DNA of 64,000 nucleotides from Octopus sinensis (Eukaryota), in NCBI RefSeq assembly GCF_006345805.1, contig NC_043008.1:69130001-69194000 (forward strand), written 5' to 3'. Made by a program: the position numbers and the translations under genes. This document shows positions 41,691-54,671 of this stretch, piece by piece (the stretch's first letter is position 1; the number at the start of each line of letters is the position of its first letter). Below the pieces are notes generated by a model. That model made no database searches and was not told the DNA's origin. It saw only the letters and a program-made list of their open reading frames with translations.

Positions 41691-42059
41691 TAAATGTTGT
41701 TACTTGTAAGTTTCATTGTTTGCACGTATTTTGAGTTAAGCCCAACTTTAGTTTCGTGTTTGGCCTTTGGGGCCAATAAAGCAAAGATTATTATTATTAC
41801 CATTGGCGGGGTATTGGACTGGCGAGCAAATTGCTTTGCATTATTTGCGCTGGATATTTACATTGTAATTTCAAATTACACTTATGTCATATTTGCTTTC
41901 CGCCGTTTAGAGGTATTTTCACTGTATTAAAAGTGCTTTACATAGGATGTGAGCGGTGCCTAGTAGTGCTATTTTTTTTTTCTGTATGTTGTATACATTC
42001 TTTAGTCCTGGTGCTTCGGTTATGCATTAGTCTCAATATTTTTAATTATATCTAATGCT

Positions 42060-42260
42060 CCTATCATTATAGGAATTGTTTTTTTTTTAGATCCCACATT
42101 TGGGCTACATCTATTTCCAGATCTTTGTATTTCAAGAGTTTCTCTGTTACTTTTAGAGATATATTATCATCTGTTGGTATTGATACATCGATTAAAACGC
42201 ATATTTTTTCTTGGTGAACTCCTACTACTATATCCGATCTATTAGCTTGATACAACTATA
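42060..42260 (-). mobile_element. R4/Dong-like RLE endonuclease fragment
   Basis: ANRSDIVV...LIDVSIPTDDNISLKVTEKLLKYKDLEI fits the RPD...D...EK..KY..L restriction-like endonuclease motif. Confidence 0.88.
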
Positions 42261-42395
42261 TCCGGTCAACGAGTTTTGATACATCTATATCCGGTCTATT
42301 AGCTTTGATACAACTATAACCCGTCTATTAGCCTTGGTACACCTATATCCGGTCTATTAAACTTGATACAGCTATATCCGGTCTATTAGCCTTGA
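42228..42395. repeat. 28-29-bp minisatellite, 6 units (ctatatccggtctattagcttgataca)
   Basis: Direct; the unit is the reverse complement of the IKANRPDI coding segment of the adjacent RLE. Confidence 0.9.
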
Positions 42396-42458
<63 letters not shown>

Positions 42459-42477
42459 TATTATTATTATTATTATT

Positions 42478-44200
42478 TGAACTTCTACCTTCCATTTTGT
42501 TTCCATTTCTTGTCGAGTGTCACCTCGACATCCAGGGCAAGGAAACTCGCTGTATACATTGATAGGCTACTAAAATATACACACAAGGTTGTTCATTTAC
42601 AATATCCAGCAAAAATATGTAGAAAGAAATTATTTACATGGATCGTAATCGTTTTCACACCGACAATGCTCTTCTCAATATGTGTTGACACTATCTTGCA
42701 CTAAAACTTTATCTTGCACTTCCTGCAAGGAGAGTAAGCCAGAGGTAATTTGCAAATAATTTTCAGTTCCTTTTTTGATCATTGCAAGTCACTGACATTG
42801 TAATTGCCCTGAAATACCACATTCAATGAGCAAATCTTTATATATTCTGAGCTTGTCAAATTCTTTTGCCGAGATATTACGATCACAAGGAATATAGTCA
42901 ATAAATGGTCTTTATCATTTTGGTCTTTTACGACGATAACCAGTTTATTAGCGTTGATGGTTCTGTTTGTATGTACAGCAATGTTCTAAAGAATCGCTCG
43001 TTATTCTCCTCAGTTACAAACTCAATATGATGTTTATACCACTTGTCATGATCTTATAATGCCAACACAGTAACTACTGCAGATATTGGCCAATTCTGTT
43101 GTGTTTTGATTTATACTTCACTGGTGCTAAAGATTTGCATCCAGAAATTAAGTGATCCACTGTTTCAATGTTAGCATTGATGGAATCGGCATTTTGGATC
43201 TACTCCATTTTACATCACATTTACATCACCTTCTTGCCAATTGCTCATGCGCCTTTTTCTTTGCCATTAATTATACTTTCTTTGTCACAATAGTTGCCAC
43301 ACTTCTCTCAAGCTGTTCATTTATGAAATCTGTAGCATTTTTTTGCTCTACTTCAAGATACGCTTCTGACACCTCTAGTGATTTTCAACATGTTTTAGCG
43401 TCCAGTCGTTAGTCGTTTCAAGATATTTGGCTCGTCTAATTATGGTGATTTTGTAAGAAAGTTCAAACTGGATCAAATCTCTGCCTTCTCCGGCTCTGGG
43501 AATATAAATACTATTTACGTCTGCGTTTGGTTGGTGCAACTTATTACAAGTCAGTAGCTTCTGAATTTTTCAATAAATTTTCATTATTTCTGATATATTT
43601 CAATAAACACATTTAAGCTATAGGAATCAATTGGAACTGCCAAGGAATTAATGGCTAACACCTCGTTATGTGCATTTAGCTCAGATTTCAGAACTACTCG
43701 AACTCTCCAATAATATTCCATCCTGACTGTGTCTTTCATGCTTGCATGTTGACCGTCAGAGCCTTCATTCATTCCGAGGTATTTATGGGTTTGTTTCTAC
43801 TCAAGTTTTTTTATAAATGTTTTAACATGTAACACTTCTGAGTTTCCTTTTCATGAAAGTGGCCTTGGCACACATAAGACTAAATTCCATCGATGCATTC
43901 CACTGTATCATCTCACCCCACACCTCGCCTTTCTTTTGTCTAATATTTTGCACTATCTTTTACAGCCGGTCTTTTCTCTTAAGAACAACGATGCTATGGA
44001 TTATCGTTCTTACTCACATATTTCCTGCATATAACGATTTGTTACAATTTCAGCGGAACATCAAACGTTATCGATTTCACATTGTCTCAGAGAATCTGCA
44101 AAGGCCGTAGGCTTTTGTCATTTCTTCATAAGTCAGAAAGAAAAATTAAATACATACATTTCAGCCATTACATATCGCTGGAAGTGAGTGCGGGTCGCTG
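42478..44200 (-). mobile_element. R4/Dong-like retrotransposon relic, RT to 3' end with (TAA)n tail
   Basis: SMEFSLMCAKATF and QHASMKDTVRMEYYWRVRVVLKSELNAHNEVLAINSLAVP motifs; 3' end abuts (TTA)n at 42398-42477. Confidence 0.85.
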
Positions 44201-44861
44201 GAGTTCGGTTCCTTGCCCAAAGATTTTTATAATCATCATCAATCAAATCAATTTCATCAGTCAAGGGATGCTAGCAGTGATTTATGGCAATGTTCCTCCT
44301 GGTCATCTTCAGACTGATGTATAATGAAGGTCCTTCAACACAAGCTATTCAATAATGCGGCCCGTATACGGCTTCTTGGCTATATGTTGGAGGCGGTCGA
44401 TCAATCAAACGACGGAACAGTATTTCCATTTGATTTTCTTGATTTCATTAATTGGCAGAGATGTTAGAGAGCTGGATACAATACCTTACGGTATTAGTTC
44501 TTAGCCTTTTCCTTAAGTTCTTTCGGCGTCGATAAATAAAAAGTACTAGTCTTCGGTTGTGGATTACCAGAGGTCTTAGAACGTTGGATGAAATGCCTTA
44601 TCACATCTGATTCGGTAGCTCTATACTTTCTGAATTTAATCATTGCCCTGTCACCGAAAAAGAGTTGTGATCAAAATGCTGTATTAACATGCGCGATTTC
44701 TGCGATGATTTATAAGCGGTGCCGAGTTTTACAATTCTGTAAATAATAATAATAATATTTGATAAGCTTAATGCTTATAAAGGATCACCGTGTACTGACT
44801 AAAGAAAAGAGTCTAATACTTTGGCAGATAAGCTCTCGACGGGAGAAGAAAGTGAGTTTTC

Positions 44862-44933
44862 CGTAAGCGTGGGGCTCGAATCCACACCGCTGTACTTTCG
44901 AGATAAGTGTGTTACCATTACACCAACGTAACC
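44862..44933 (-). pseudogene. tRNA-like sequence (pseudo-tRNA or orphan SINE head)
   Basis: A box TGGTGTAATGG, D stem GTGT/ACAC, T loop TTCGAGC; acceptor stem does not pair. Confidence 0.5.
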
Positions 44934-45719
44934 ACTCGCCTTTTCCCGTCGAATTTATATCAACAATTTAAAAGATTAAAGGAAACATAGTTATCTAAGG
45001 TAGTCTGAAATAAGATGACCTTATCAGGGATGGGATTACTGTGAATATAAGTCTTCTCGATGAAGGCTAGCCTAGGGTTAAACAACAAGACAGACAAAAA
45101 TCAACTGAACTGATCTGGTAAAATTTAGTCTGGAGCTGAGACCGCTCAGAGAAACTGTTCTCCGGTTATAACATATTCTTGACAGCCAGGTTGATCGAGT
45201 AAAGAGATCTTGTCTAAAATTTGTTTTAAAAAACGAAAACATGAATCGCTGCAAAGTTCAGTCATAAACCTTCAGCCAGATTTGAACTCAAAAACCTACG
45301 GGTTGTTTAGTCATATAACACTTAAAACCATCCAACCGTGTCGGCTCTACTGAAGTGAAGCGAGATGCGATGTCAGAAAAAAGAATGAGTAGTACAAGCT
45401 TGATGTCATTTTAACTGGTTGTTGCTCATAGAGAACAACAAAAAACGATTGTAAACCTTGGAAACTATTAGCTGTTTTATGGGTCTCTTAGATGTGTTTT
45501 GTGTAGCATTGATTAGGTGGGTATGTGTAGCTTTGTTACACTGATTAGGTGCACGTGTGTATGTCTGTTGGATTGAATAGTATTACTGAGAGGTGTGATG
45601 TTTGTGTGAATGTGTGTGCATGTGCATGTGTATGTGTGTGTGTGTGCGTGAAGCAGAAGACTGGCGAAACAACGTTTATAGCATTATAGATCTATTTTAC
45701 TAGTCAAGTAGTCACACAT

Positions 45720-45724
45720 TTATT

Positions 45725-45797
<73 letters not shown>

Positions 45798-45878
45798 ATA
45801 TTTGCATATATTTGTATATATGTTACATGTGTATATGTATATATCTGTATGTATGTATATATATATATGTATATATAA

Positions 45879-45947
<69 letters not shown>

Positions 45948-46062
45948 ATATATACGTATGTGTATATATATATATACAAGTGGGTGAGGCTACTCCGATA
46001 TATATATATACATATATACAATATATTATGCATATATAAGTATTATATATGAATGTATATAT

Positions 46063-46113
<51 letters not shown>

Positions 46114-46189
46114 TATTATACATATATAATATATATATATGCATGTATATATATATATATACATACATATGTATATATATATATATATA

Positions 46190-46235
<46 letters not shown>

Positions 46236-46277
46236 CATATATAATATATATATGCATGTATATATATATATACATAC

Positions 46278-46363
<86 letters not shown>

Positions 46364-46916
46364 GTACACACACACACGCATATATATATATATATATGTA
46401 TATATATTATAGAGAGAGAGAGTTATCCACATACGTACACATGCAGTTATGTATTGTGTCTCTGTATTGTCAAGTATGAGTAGTAGCTGTACTGAACAAA
46501 GGACATCAAAACATCTCTCCGTCGAATACAATGTTCAATAAATATTAGATATATATATATATACGTATGTATACACACCGACGCCTGAACCTATATGTTA
46601 ACACACACACAAACACAGACACACACATATATATGCATGTCAATATACGTACATATGTATGCGTACACACACACACAGACACACATATATTTATACATAT
46701 ATATATATATATACACACATATAAGTACACACAACCGGACGTACCCACAAACGGGTGTGCGCACGCACATACACGCATGCACAGAAACACTTACACACCC
46801 AACTATATATATAATTATATCGATATACTTATGAATGTAAATGTATATCTGTCTATCCGTCTATCTATCTAAGTATCTATCTCTTAAGGTCGATCGATCG
46901 ATAGAATGATAGATAG

Positions 46917-46947
<31 letters not shown>

Positions 46948-46964
46948 GATCGATAGATAGATAA

Positions 46965-47024
<60 letters not shown>

Positions 47025-47025
47025 T

Positions 47026-47080
<55 letters not shown>

Positions 47081-47081
47081 T

Positions 47082-47133
<52 letters not shown>

Positions 47134-47135
47134 CA
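45720..47135. repeat. Large (TG)n/(TA)n/(CA)n/(AGAT)n compound microsatellite
   Basis: Direct. Confidence 0.96.
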
Positions 47136-47747
47136 ACAATTATCTATATTGTTATTCTAGTTTTGTCTGTGCCGTCTCTAGGTAAACACTATAACAGCTA
47201 CAGTGGTGTAAAGCTCAGTTCGTTTTAGTTGTTGTCACGACAGCTGCTGTTGTACCTAAAACAATAAATAAACTAATACATGGAATATACAAAGAAAAAA
47301 ACATTCAGCAAATAACCAAACAAAGCAAAACTGCTGACTCAACAAGCCTACAACTGTTATATTATCATTATATGTTTTAACGTAGCTTTATAATGGCTGG
47401 ATATTGACTTCAGATAAAATAACTTCGTGCAATTGGGTCACGGATGTTCATCCATACTGCAGCCGATCATATAACGTCTCTTTTTTTTCTCTATTGACTG
47501 AGAATTAAAAGCGTCTTGGGTGGTGGTTGTAATCCATCGTCCGGTTTAAAATACACCACCTGGTCCTGGCTCTTTCTTGCATTCGACGGAGGTGGGCATT
47601 TTTTTTATGAGCCGATCTACGGTTTGAGGATAATCAATAAATCGCGTTGTTTATTTGCATATTTATTTGTTTATTTTTTGTTTTCTTGTTTCTATTTCCC
47701 AGCAACTATTCACTCTTTAAAAAGCTGAAATAAGATCCAGAGTGATA

Positions 47748-47936
47748 ATGATGTATGCTCACACATCTGGGACCATCCTGCTCTTGCGGTTCCTGCTGTT
47801 TCTGCAGCTCATGCTAATTTACTTGTGCTGCTCCTGCTTTTGCTGCGGTTATGCTGAGAGACACCATACATTATATTCTATAAAGCGCCACGCGACTGGT
47901 TTTCATGAACACGCGCCAAACCACTTGCGCTGCTGA
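47748..47936 (+). CDS. Candidate 62-aa small ORF with hydrophobic N-terminus and a KR site
   Basis: MMYAHTSGTILLLRFLLFLQLMLIYLCCSCFCCGYAERHHTLYSIKRHATGFHEHAPNHLRC; long polypyrimidine acceptor ending at 47702, 45 nt upstream of the ATG. Confidence 0.25.
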   Translation: MMYAHTSGTILLLRFLLFLQLMLIYLCCSCFCCGYAERHHTLYSIKRHATGFHEHAPNHLRC

Positions 47937-48220
47937 GCGTTTCCTAATCAGGAAACTGCTATGACGTCGCCTTGTCGGAAGTGGATGCTTTTATTCTATT
48001 ACTACTCATGCACTCCTGATACCAAGTGATCTCTGGTTCGATTGCTCTACTCGGCTCCACGAGCAATTGTCTTTTACCAATTACTCTTTCTGACCAAATC
48101 GTTGTTATTTGAATTCGGTATTCAGAAACCATGTAGAAGCTACTCGTATTCACACACACACACACGCCCTGACACACACACACGCACACACACACACACA
48201 CTCACACACACACACACTCA

Positions 48221-48273
<53 letters not shown>

Positions 48274-48489
48274 TGGTCAAGTTGACTAAATCTACTTAAG
48301 AAGCTTGTATCTGCTCAGTATAGATTCGCATAGTTAGTAACTGTTCAGTAGTTGTTCTGAAAAGAGTTTCAGCATTTAGATACACACATAGGCGCACTCG
48401 TATATTTGCGATAACTAGGCTTGTAGTCAACTTAGAAACTCAAGTGGTTTCAAATGTTGGTACAAGAGTAGTAATTTCAGGGAACAGTA

Positions 48490-48660
48490 AATCGATTACA
48501 TAAACCACAGTGCGTGCTCAACTGGCACTGTCATCGACCCCGAAGAAATGAAAGGCAAAATTGATCTCGGCGGAACTTGAACTCAGAATGCAAAGACCGA
48601 CGCAGTACCGCTAAGCCTTTTACCGGGCAGCCTACTGTTCTACCAGTTCGCCGCCTTAAA
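48490..48660 (-). mobile_element. SINE family A
   Basis: atcgaccccgaagaaatgaaaggcaaaattgatctcggcggaacttgaactcagaa...ccagttcgccgcctt. Confidence 0.85.
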
Positions 48661-50439
48661 ACTTAGAAATCTAATTTTCGAGGAGTAATTAGATAGCATA
48701 ATCCACTTTTTTTGTCAAATAAACCCATGTCGGGGGTGTTAGTCTCCCAATCTTACCCTTTGCTTCAGACTGGTACCAGAAATCAGTGATATCAAGGGGG
48801 TATATACCCCACTATGTCATTAAAATTATTCACCCACATATTCCGTCCAAAAAACATTTCATTCAAAGTGCTTACTTCTTGTCTTCAGAGACATGGCAAC
48901 TACTTAGATATCCTAAGTATCAGATGAGAAATCATCTGGAAATCTAGCTTGTAATTCGGGACAAGAATATCACAAGAGTGGGTATCACAGACTCCGCATT
49001 CGGTACCATTGACACAGACTCCGCATTCGGACAATTAAATAGGATGATGCGAATACATTCTGGTTTAACTCATATTCCTATGATCCCCCACTCTCCTGTT
49101 AATAAACATTTGCAAGTAATTTAATATAACTACCAATTTAACTACAATAATCCTACAAAATACAACCAAATGCTGTCAAGAAAAAGCGTGACACCGTTAA
49201 TAAGACCAAGGCTTCCCTCCCAAAGCACAAGAATACCGTTAAAGCTGAAGGTGGTCAGTACTAAGACTTTCTATCGCATGCATATGTTCTTCTGGAAGAA
49301 GAAGGAGTATAAATATTGTCCAGCGGAGTTAGAATGTTGTCGACAAAAGTAGCTAGTAACACTTAAAAGACTGTCGAAATGCTTAGACTGATCCGTTCGT
49401 CTGGGGGAATCTGTTAAGAAGCAGAAAAAGTCTATGTCCCTGTTAGGATGTGAAATTTTACGACCCATCAACGAAAAATCTGAAATGAAACAAAACAATT
49501 CTATAGTTCCATGATTGGTTTATGGTTCTGGTCAGGCAGGGCCAGAAAATCGACCCAAAGACTATAGTAAGAAACTGGAAGTGTACTCTCACTTTATGAA
49601 ATACATTTTCTTACATACAGACAAGTCTATGTTTATACTTCGCGTGGAGAATAGGAAAGAAACCCAGTGAAACCTAACAGAATGCACAAACACCAATATC
49701 TCAGGAACATACGTGTGAAGAAAATAAATTCAGCACACTCTAACAGTTCGAAAATTGCCATTTCAAAGAATGGAATTGTGCTCACCCAAAAACTGGTAAA
49801 GACAACTGAGACAATCAGAACAATCCAACACTTCACTTAAAGGTCCCTGGTATTGACATCAGATTTCAACGAGGTTATTCTTCTCTTTGATATCATCAAA
49901 GTTAATTTGTTGTTGTAAAATATAAGGGAAAAACAGCCACAAGGCAAACATCCTTTTCAGTATTACGTTATTGACAGCACAATCATTAAACACATACTAA
50001 TGGCTAAAGAATAACGCAAACGTCTCAACGACGTGAACGATCAAATCAGTAACAGGCTGTAGAGGAAGAAGTCGCTCATTTCACAGCCAATAAATATTTA
50101 TGCAGCAGATAACATTTGGTTTTCACAGACTTTTGTGTGGAAGAGATGCAAAAGTGATGCGGATTGTAATGCTAATAAAAATTCTCAGGATAAAGATGAA
50201 GATCTGTAAAACTGTATTTCTATATGATTTACTAGATCCCATGTATAGGACTCATAGTTCAACATCATACATAAAATGGCTACTTACTTGCTTTTAAACC
50301 CATACCTAACATGTCAAACGACTTGCAACATGCACAACGTAATACTATTATATCACAAATGCAACAAAAATTATTCTCTATTACCTGTGTTTGCTGCCTT
50401 ACTATGATATTCAGTACTACTTCGAGGCCTTTATTGGAT

Positions 50440-50700
50440 TCCTTGACCCAGAAAACATAGGATTAGCATACTTAATTAAGTTTCTAGATTGACTAGCAGC
50501 CGAGATAGCGCAAAATATGAATTTTATGGTGGCCATTTTAAAAATCCAAAATGGCCGCTATAGTGGAATTACTGCAAAAAGCAACATTGATTTTCTGATT
50601 CTGCATGCTCTGATGATTCTAAAAATATACTGGTTTGATAATCTCTTAAAACTTGGAATGAAATTATATTTGTTAAGATAGCGAACCTGATTAATATAGC
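50440..50700. mobile_element. Probable DNA-transposon/MITE relic
   Basis: Palindromic GGCCATTTT-n8-AAAATGGCC (50531-50556) and ggattccttgacccagaaaacatagg, which I recall from invertebrate non-autonomous DNA elements. Confidence 0.35.
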
Positions 50701-50734
50701 GAAGAACTTTCTTTACGCTGCCTGCTAATGTTGT

Positions 50735-51360
<626 letters not shown>

Positions 51361-51744
51361 AAATTTAGCGCGTGTATATCTCAGATTAGAGAATATAATT
51401 TTCTGTCACCATATTATCGACCGCAAACTGTATGAAAGGCAGCTATAGATCCTACATCATTTGAACTCAGTACACCAGATATAAAGCAGAGTCAATAACG
51501 AATGTATTCTTACTCACTCCTTTTCTTACAAACCCACCTCCTTCGGTCTTATTTTATTTCTCTTTCTCCCTCCCCCCTCTCTCTCTTTCTCTCTCATCAT
51601 ACTCACGCACCGAATTTATTTCACTATTTAGGTCATTATTCGACTCTTTCCTGTTTGATGTGTAGAGTGTCAAAGTAGAGAAAAACTGTATAGTATAGGC
51701 TGCTTCAGTGTTTTTAGATACACACACACACACACACACACCCA

Positions 51745-51950
51745 TACACGGCGAGCTGAAAGATTCCTTAGCATGTCGGACGAAGCATTTCGTCCTTCTT
51801 TGCATTCTGAGTTCAAATTCCGCCAAGGTCGACTTTGTCTTTAGGCCTTTCGAGGTCGATCAAATATGTACCAGTTAAGCACTCGGGTCAATGTAGTCGT
51901 TTTTGACCCGCCCCCGAAACTGGTGTCCTTGTGCTAAAATTAGAAACCTA
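51745..51950 (+). mobile_element. SINE family A
   Basis: ggcgagctgaaagattccttagc...gagttcaaattccgccaaggtcgactttg. Confidence 0.85.
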
Positions 51951-52169
51951 CACGCACACACGCACACACGCACACTCCCACACACACACACACAGACGCA
52001 CTCACAGGCACACTCACACATACATACGTGTGTATATATGTATATACATATATGTGTGTGTGTGTATGTGTGTTTGTATATAATCTACCTATCTAAACTA
52101 TAACCATGAATTCTACAAAATATATACGTACAGGGAACTATTTAGACATGCCGTCAGTTACTAACGCAC

Positions 52170-52770
52170 ATAGACGGCAAACTAGCAGAATCTTTAGCAG
52201 TCACACTTACTACCTATGCCGACAACACAAAAGTATTACAATGAACCTTTTGATGTTAATATTCTACAGAAAGACCTGGATGCCATACGTAAATGGACTT
52301 ATGAAAACAAAATGCCATTTAATGCAGGTAAATTCTAAACCCTTCATCACCAGGTAATTAGTGCTCACATGCGGCAATAACGATACTTTAGACCAAAAGG
52401 AACGGTAAATCTCAGAGTCACGTTCAGTGCGTGATCTGGGGAATGATATGATCAACGATGCTTCGTTTCACGTACATGTCACCAAGATGGTGGTAATGTG
52501 CAGGCGAATGAGCGGATGATTCTGATAACCTTCAGATCAAGAGACCAGGAAGCGATACTGGTTCTATGGAAGACATTTGTACACTGCCGTCTCGACAACT
52601 GCTCTCAACTATGGTCACCCAACAATTTCAAATTAATAGCGGGACTTGAGGCAGTTCAAGTGCTACACAAGGAATATTACATGTATGGCAGAGTTGATCT
52701 ACTAGTAGTAACTGAAAGAGTTACGAATCTACTCCCTACAACGAAGACTGGAGAGGCAGGCAGTGATAGA
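52170..52770 (+). mobile_element. CR1/L2-like LINE RT relic
   Basis: YADNTK, LQKDLDAIRKWTYENKMPFNAGKF and LWKTFVHCRLDNCSQLWSP are typical RT domain 5 to thumb motifs. Confidence 0.85.
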
Positions 52771-52847
52771 CTGGCGGTGCTCTAGCATGGCCACAGCCTT
52801 AGGACTGAAACATATAAAGGAATAAAAGAATACATATGTGTATGCAT

Positions 52848-52913
<66 letters not shown>

Positions 52914-52923
52914 ATATATATAT

Positions 52924-53683
52924 ATCCAGAAACACGTGTTCGCTATTAACGGTAAGTGACTGATTTCGTATATTTGCCACTCCGGTTTTGTGTATGTGAG
53001 CCGTAAGGGCCTTCGTTTTTGGAATCTCCACTTATATAGAAAATGGAAAAAACGGTCTTTGACTGCCATTTCTAATTCCTTCGGTATGAGGCGAAACAGC
53101 CTGCTGCTAGCCATCTTATTTTTTCTTTACTATATACTGAACCTTACAAAGGTCCTGACAATTAATTTGTCGTATTTACATACCGAAATTTACCGGTAAA
53201 TAATTGTTGGTTACATGAAAAACCACAGGAAAATTATTTACCATTTTTATTGCATTACCATGTGGATTCCTCATTCCATTACGATTACCCAGAAAGCGCG
53301 CATGGCAGAATTTTGGAGGGAAAATTTACGTTCCCAGTCGCTACTTAGTTTTAACATCTGCGCTCTTCCCCCCACTATCTGATGTCGCTGGGTCAGAAGT
53401 GAGGGCTGGTGGCATTTGGTAAAGCTATCGAATATAGCGCCGATGACGGAATTCAAACTAAATTTTTCCTATGTTTGCGATCCAGAAACACGTGTTCGCT
53501 ATTAACGGTAAGTGACTGATTTCGTATATTTGCCACTCCGGTTTTGTGCATGTGAGCCGTAAGGGCCTTCGTTTTTGGAATCTCCACTTATATAGAAAAT
53601 GGAAAAAACGGTCTTTGACTGCCATTTCTAATTCCTTCGGTATGAGGCGAAACAGCCTGCTGCTAGCCATCTTATTTTTTCTT

Positions 53684-53692
<9 letters not shown>
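52924..53692. mobile_element. Element with 213-bp direct repeats (52924-53136, 53480-53692) around a 343-bp core, inside (TA)n
   Basis: Repeats differ at one position by eye; offset 556 bp. Confidence 0.75.
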
Positions 53693-53742
<50 letters not shown>

Positions 53743-53744
<2 letters not shown>

Positions 53745-54009
53745 GGACACTCCCATCGTTCGACGACGTGTGAGGGTTCGACAATTTCTAACCGAACAAC
53801 CATACAGAAGATTTGTTTATAGTGTTCTTAGCTGGTGCAAAGCTGTATCGGCTTTTGTCTTTCCCTTGGATAACATAATTGGTGTAAAGAATGAGGCTGG
53901 TATGCATGGGTGATTGCTAGCCCTCCACAAACAACCTTGATCGGACTTGTGCCTCGGAGGGTGACTTTCTAGGTGCAGTCCCATGGTCATTCATGACCGA
54001 AGGGGGTCT

Positions 54010-54010
<1 letters not shown>
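53743..54010 (+). mobile_element. SINE family C-related 3' part
   Basis: Largely the reverse complement of 56685-56880 (gctgtatcggc...ttccettggataac-like...ctaggtgcagtcccatggtcattcatgaccgaagggggtct). Confidence 0.8.
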
Positions 54011-54043
<33 letters not shown>

Positions 54044-54047
<4 letters not shown>

Positions 54048-54403
54048 AGAAGTCAGGGTACGATAAGTACCCGTTTGCTTGAAAGAGGAGTTAAAATCTC
54101 AAATCTCCAAAACAAAGCGCAGGGAAAGGTAAATATGTTTTTTGAAATAGTTTATGTAGCAAGTCTGGCAGATGAGCCTTAAATGTTGATTCAACACAGA
54201 AGGCGAAATCAATTGATACCAGAATGTTTATGATGTTATTTCTATTTTACTCTATGCATTTTGCAAATAGGGTGACTGTTTCGAAGAAAGATGTTTGCTA
54301 TATTCTCCGTGTGTGCTTACATATAGTGAGAGATGGGCGGTTTTGGAGGATTTTAACTACTTTTTCAAGCAAACAGGTACTTATCGTACCCTGAAATTTT
54401 ATT
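54044..54403. mobile_element. MITE with ~50-60-bp terminal inverted repeats
   Basis: tcagggtacgataagtacccgtttgcttgaaag...gttaaaatc on the left and gattttaac...ttcaagcaaacaggtacttatcgtaccctga on the right. Confidence 0.88.
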
Positions 54404-54639
54404 ATAGATGTTGCTTATTTGAATAATGTTTGAAGGCCACTTTATCATCATTTTTATAGATAATGATAACTTATTTGAATTTTTCATATGTAATATATAA
54501 AATTGAAGTAATTTGAATCTGATCCTTTTCTGCTGATGTCGTTCGTATCAATACCAATAAAAATGATCACAGACTTTACCGAGAGCAATGCCAACAGGCC
54601 AATACGACCACAACCACCACTACCACCACCAACACACCT

Positions 54640-54671
<32 letters not shown>

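Noticed and set aside
42228-42395. CRISPR-like array
   Set aside because: Units are contiguous with no unique spacers, there are no cas genes, the context is eukaryotic, and the unit derives from a retrotransposon ORF.
49633-50080. Mitochondrial insertion (NUMT) or GPCR fragment
   Set aside because: TAA stops persist under the invertebrate mitochondrial code, and no mitochondrial or GPCR motif is recognisable.
53458-53670. Duplicated 70-aa ORF MASSRLFRLIPKELEMAVKDRFF...
   Set aside because: Lies within the 213-bp direct repeat of a TA-embedded element; no domain recognised. The nearby ggtatgaggcgaaac lacks a hammerhead core and helix II.
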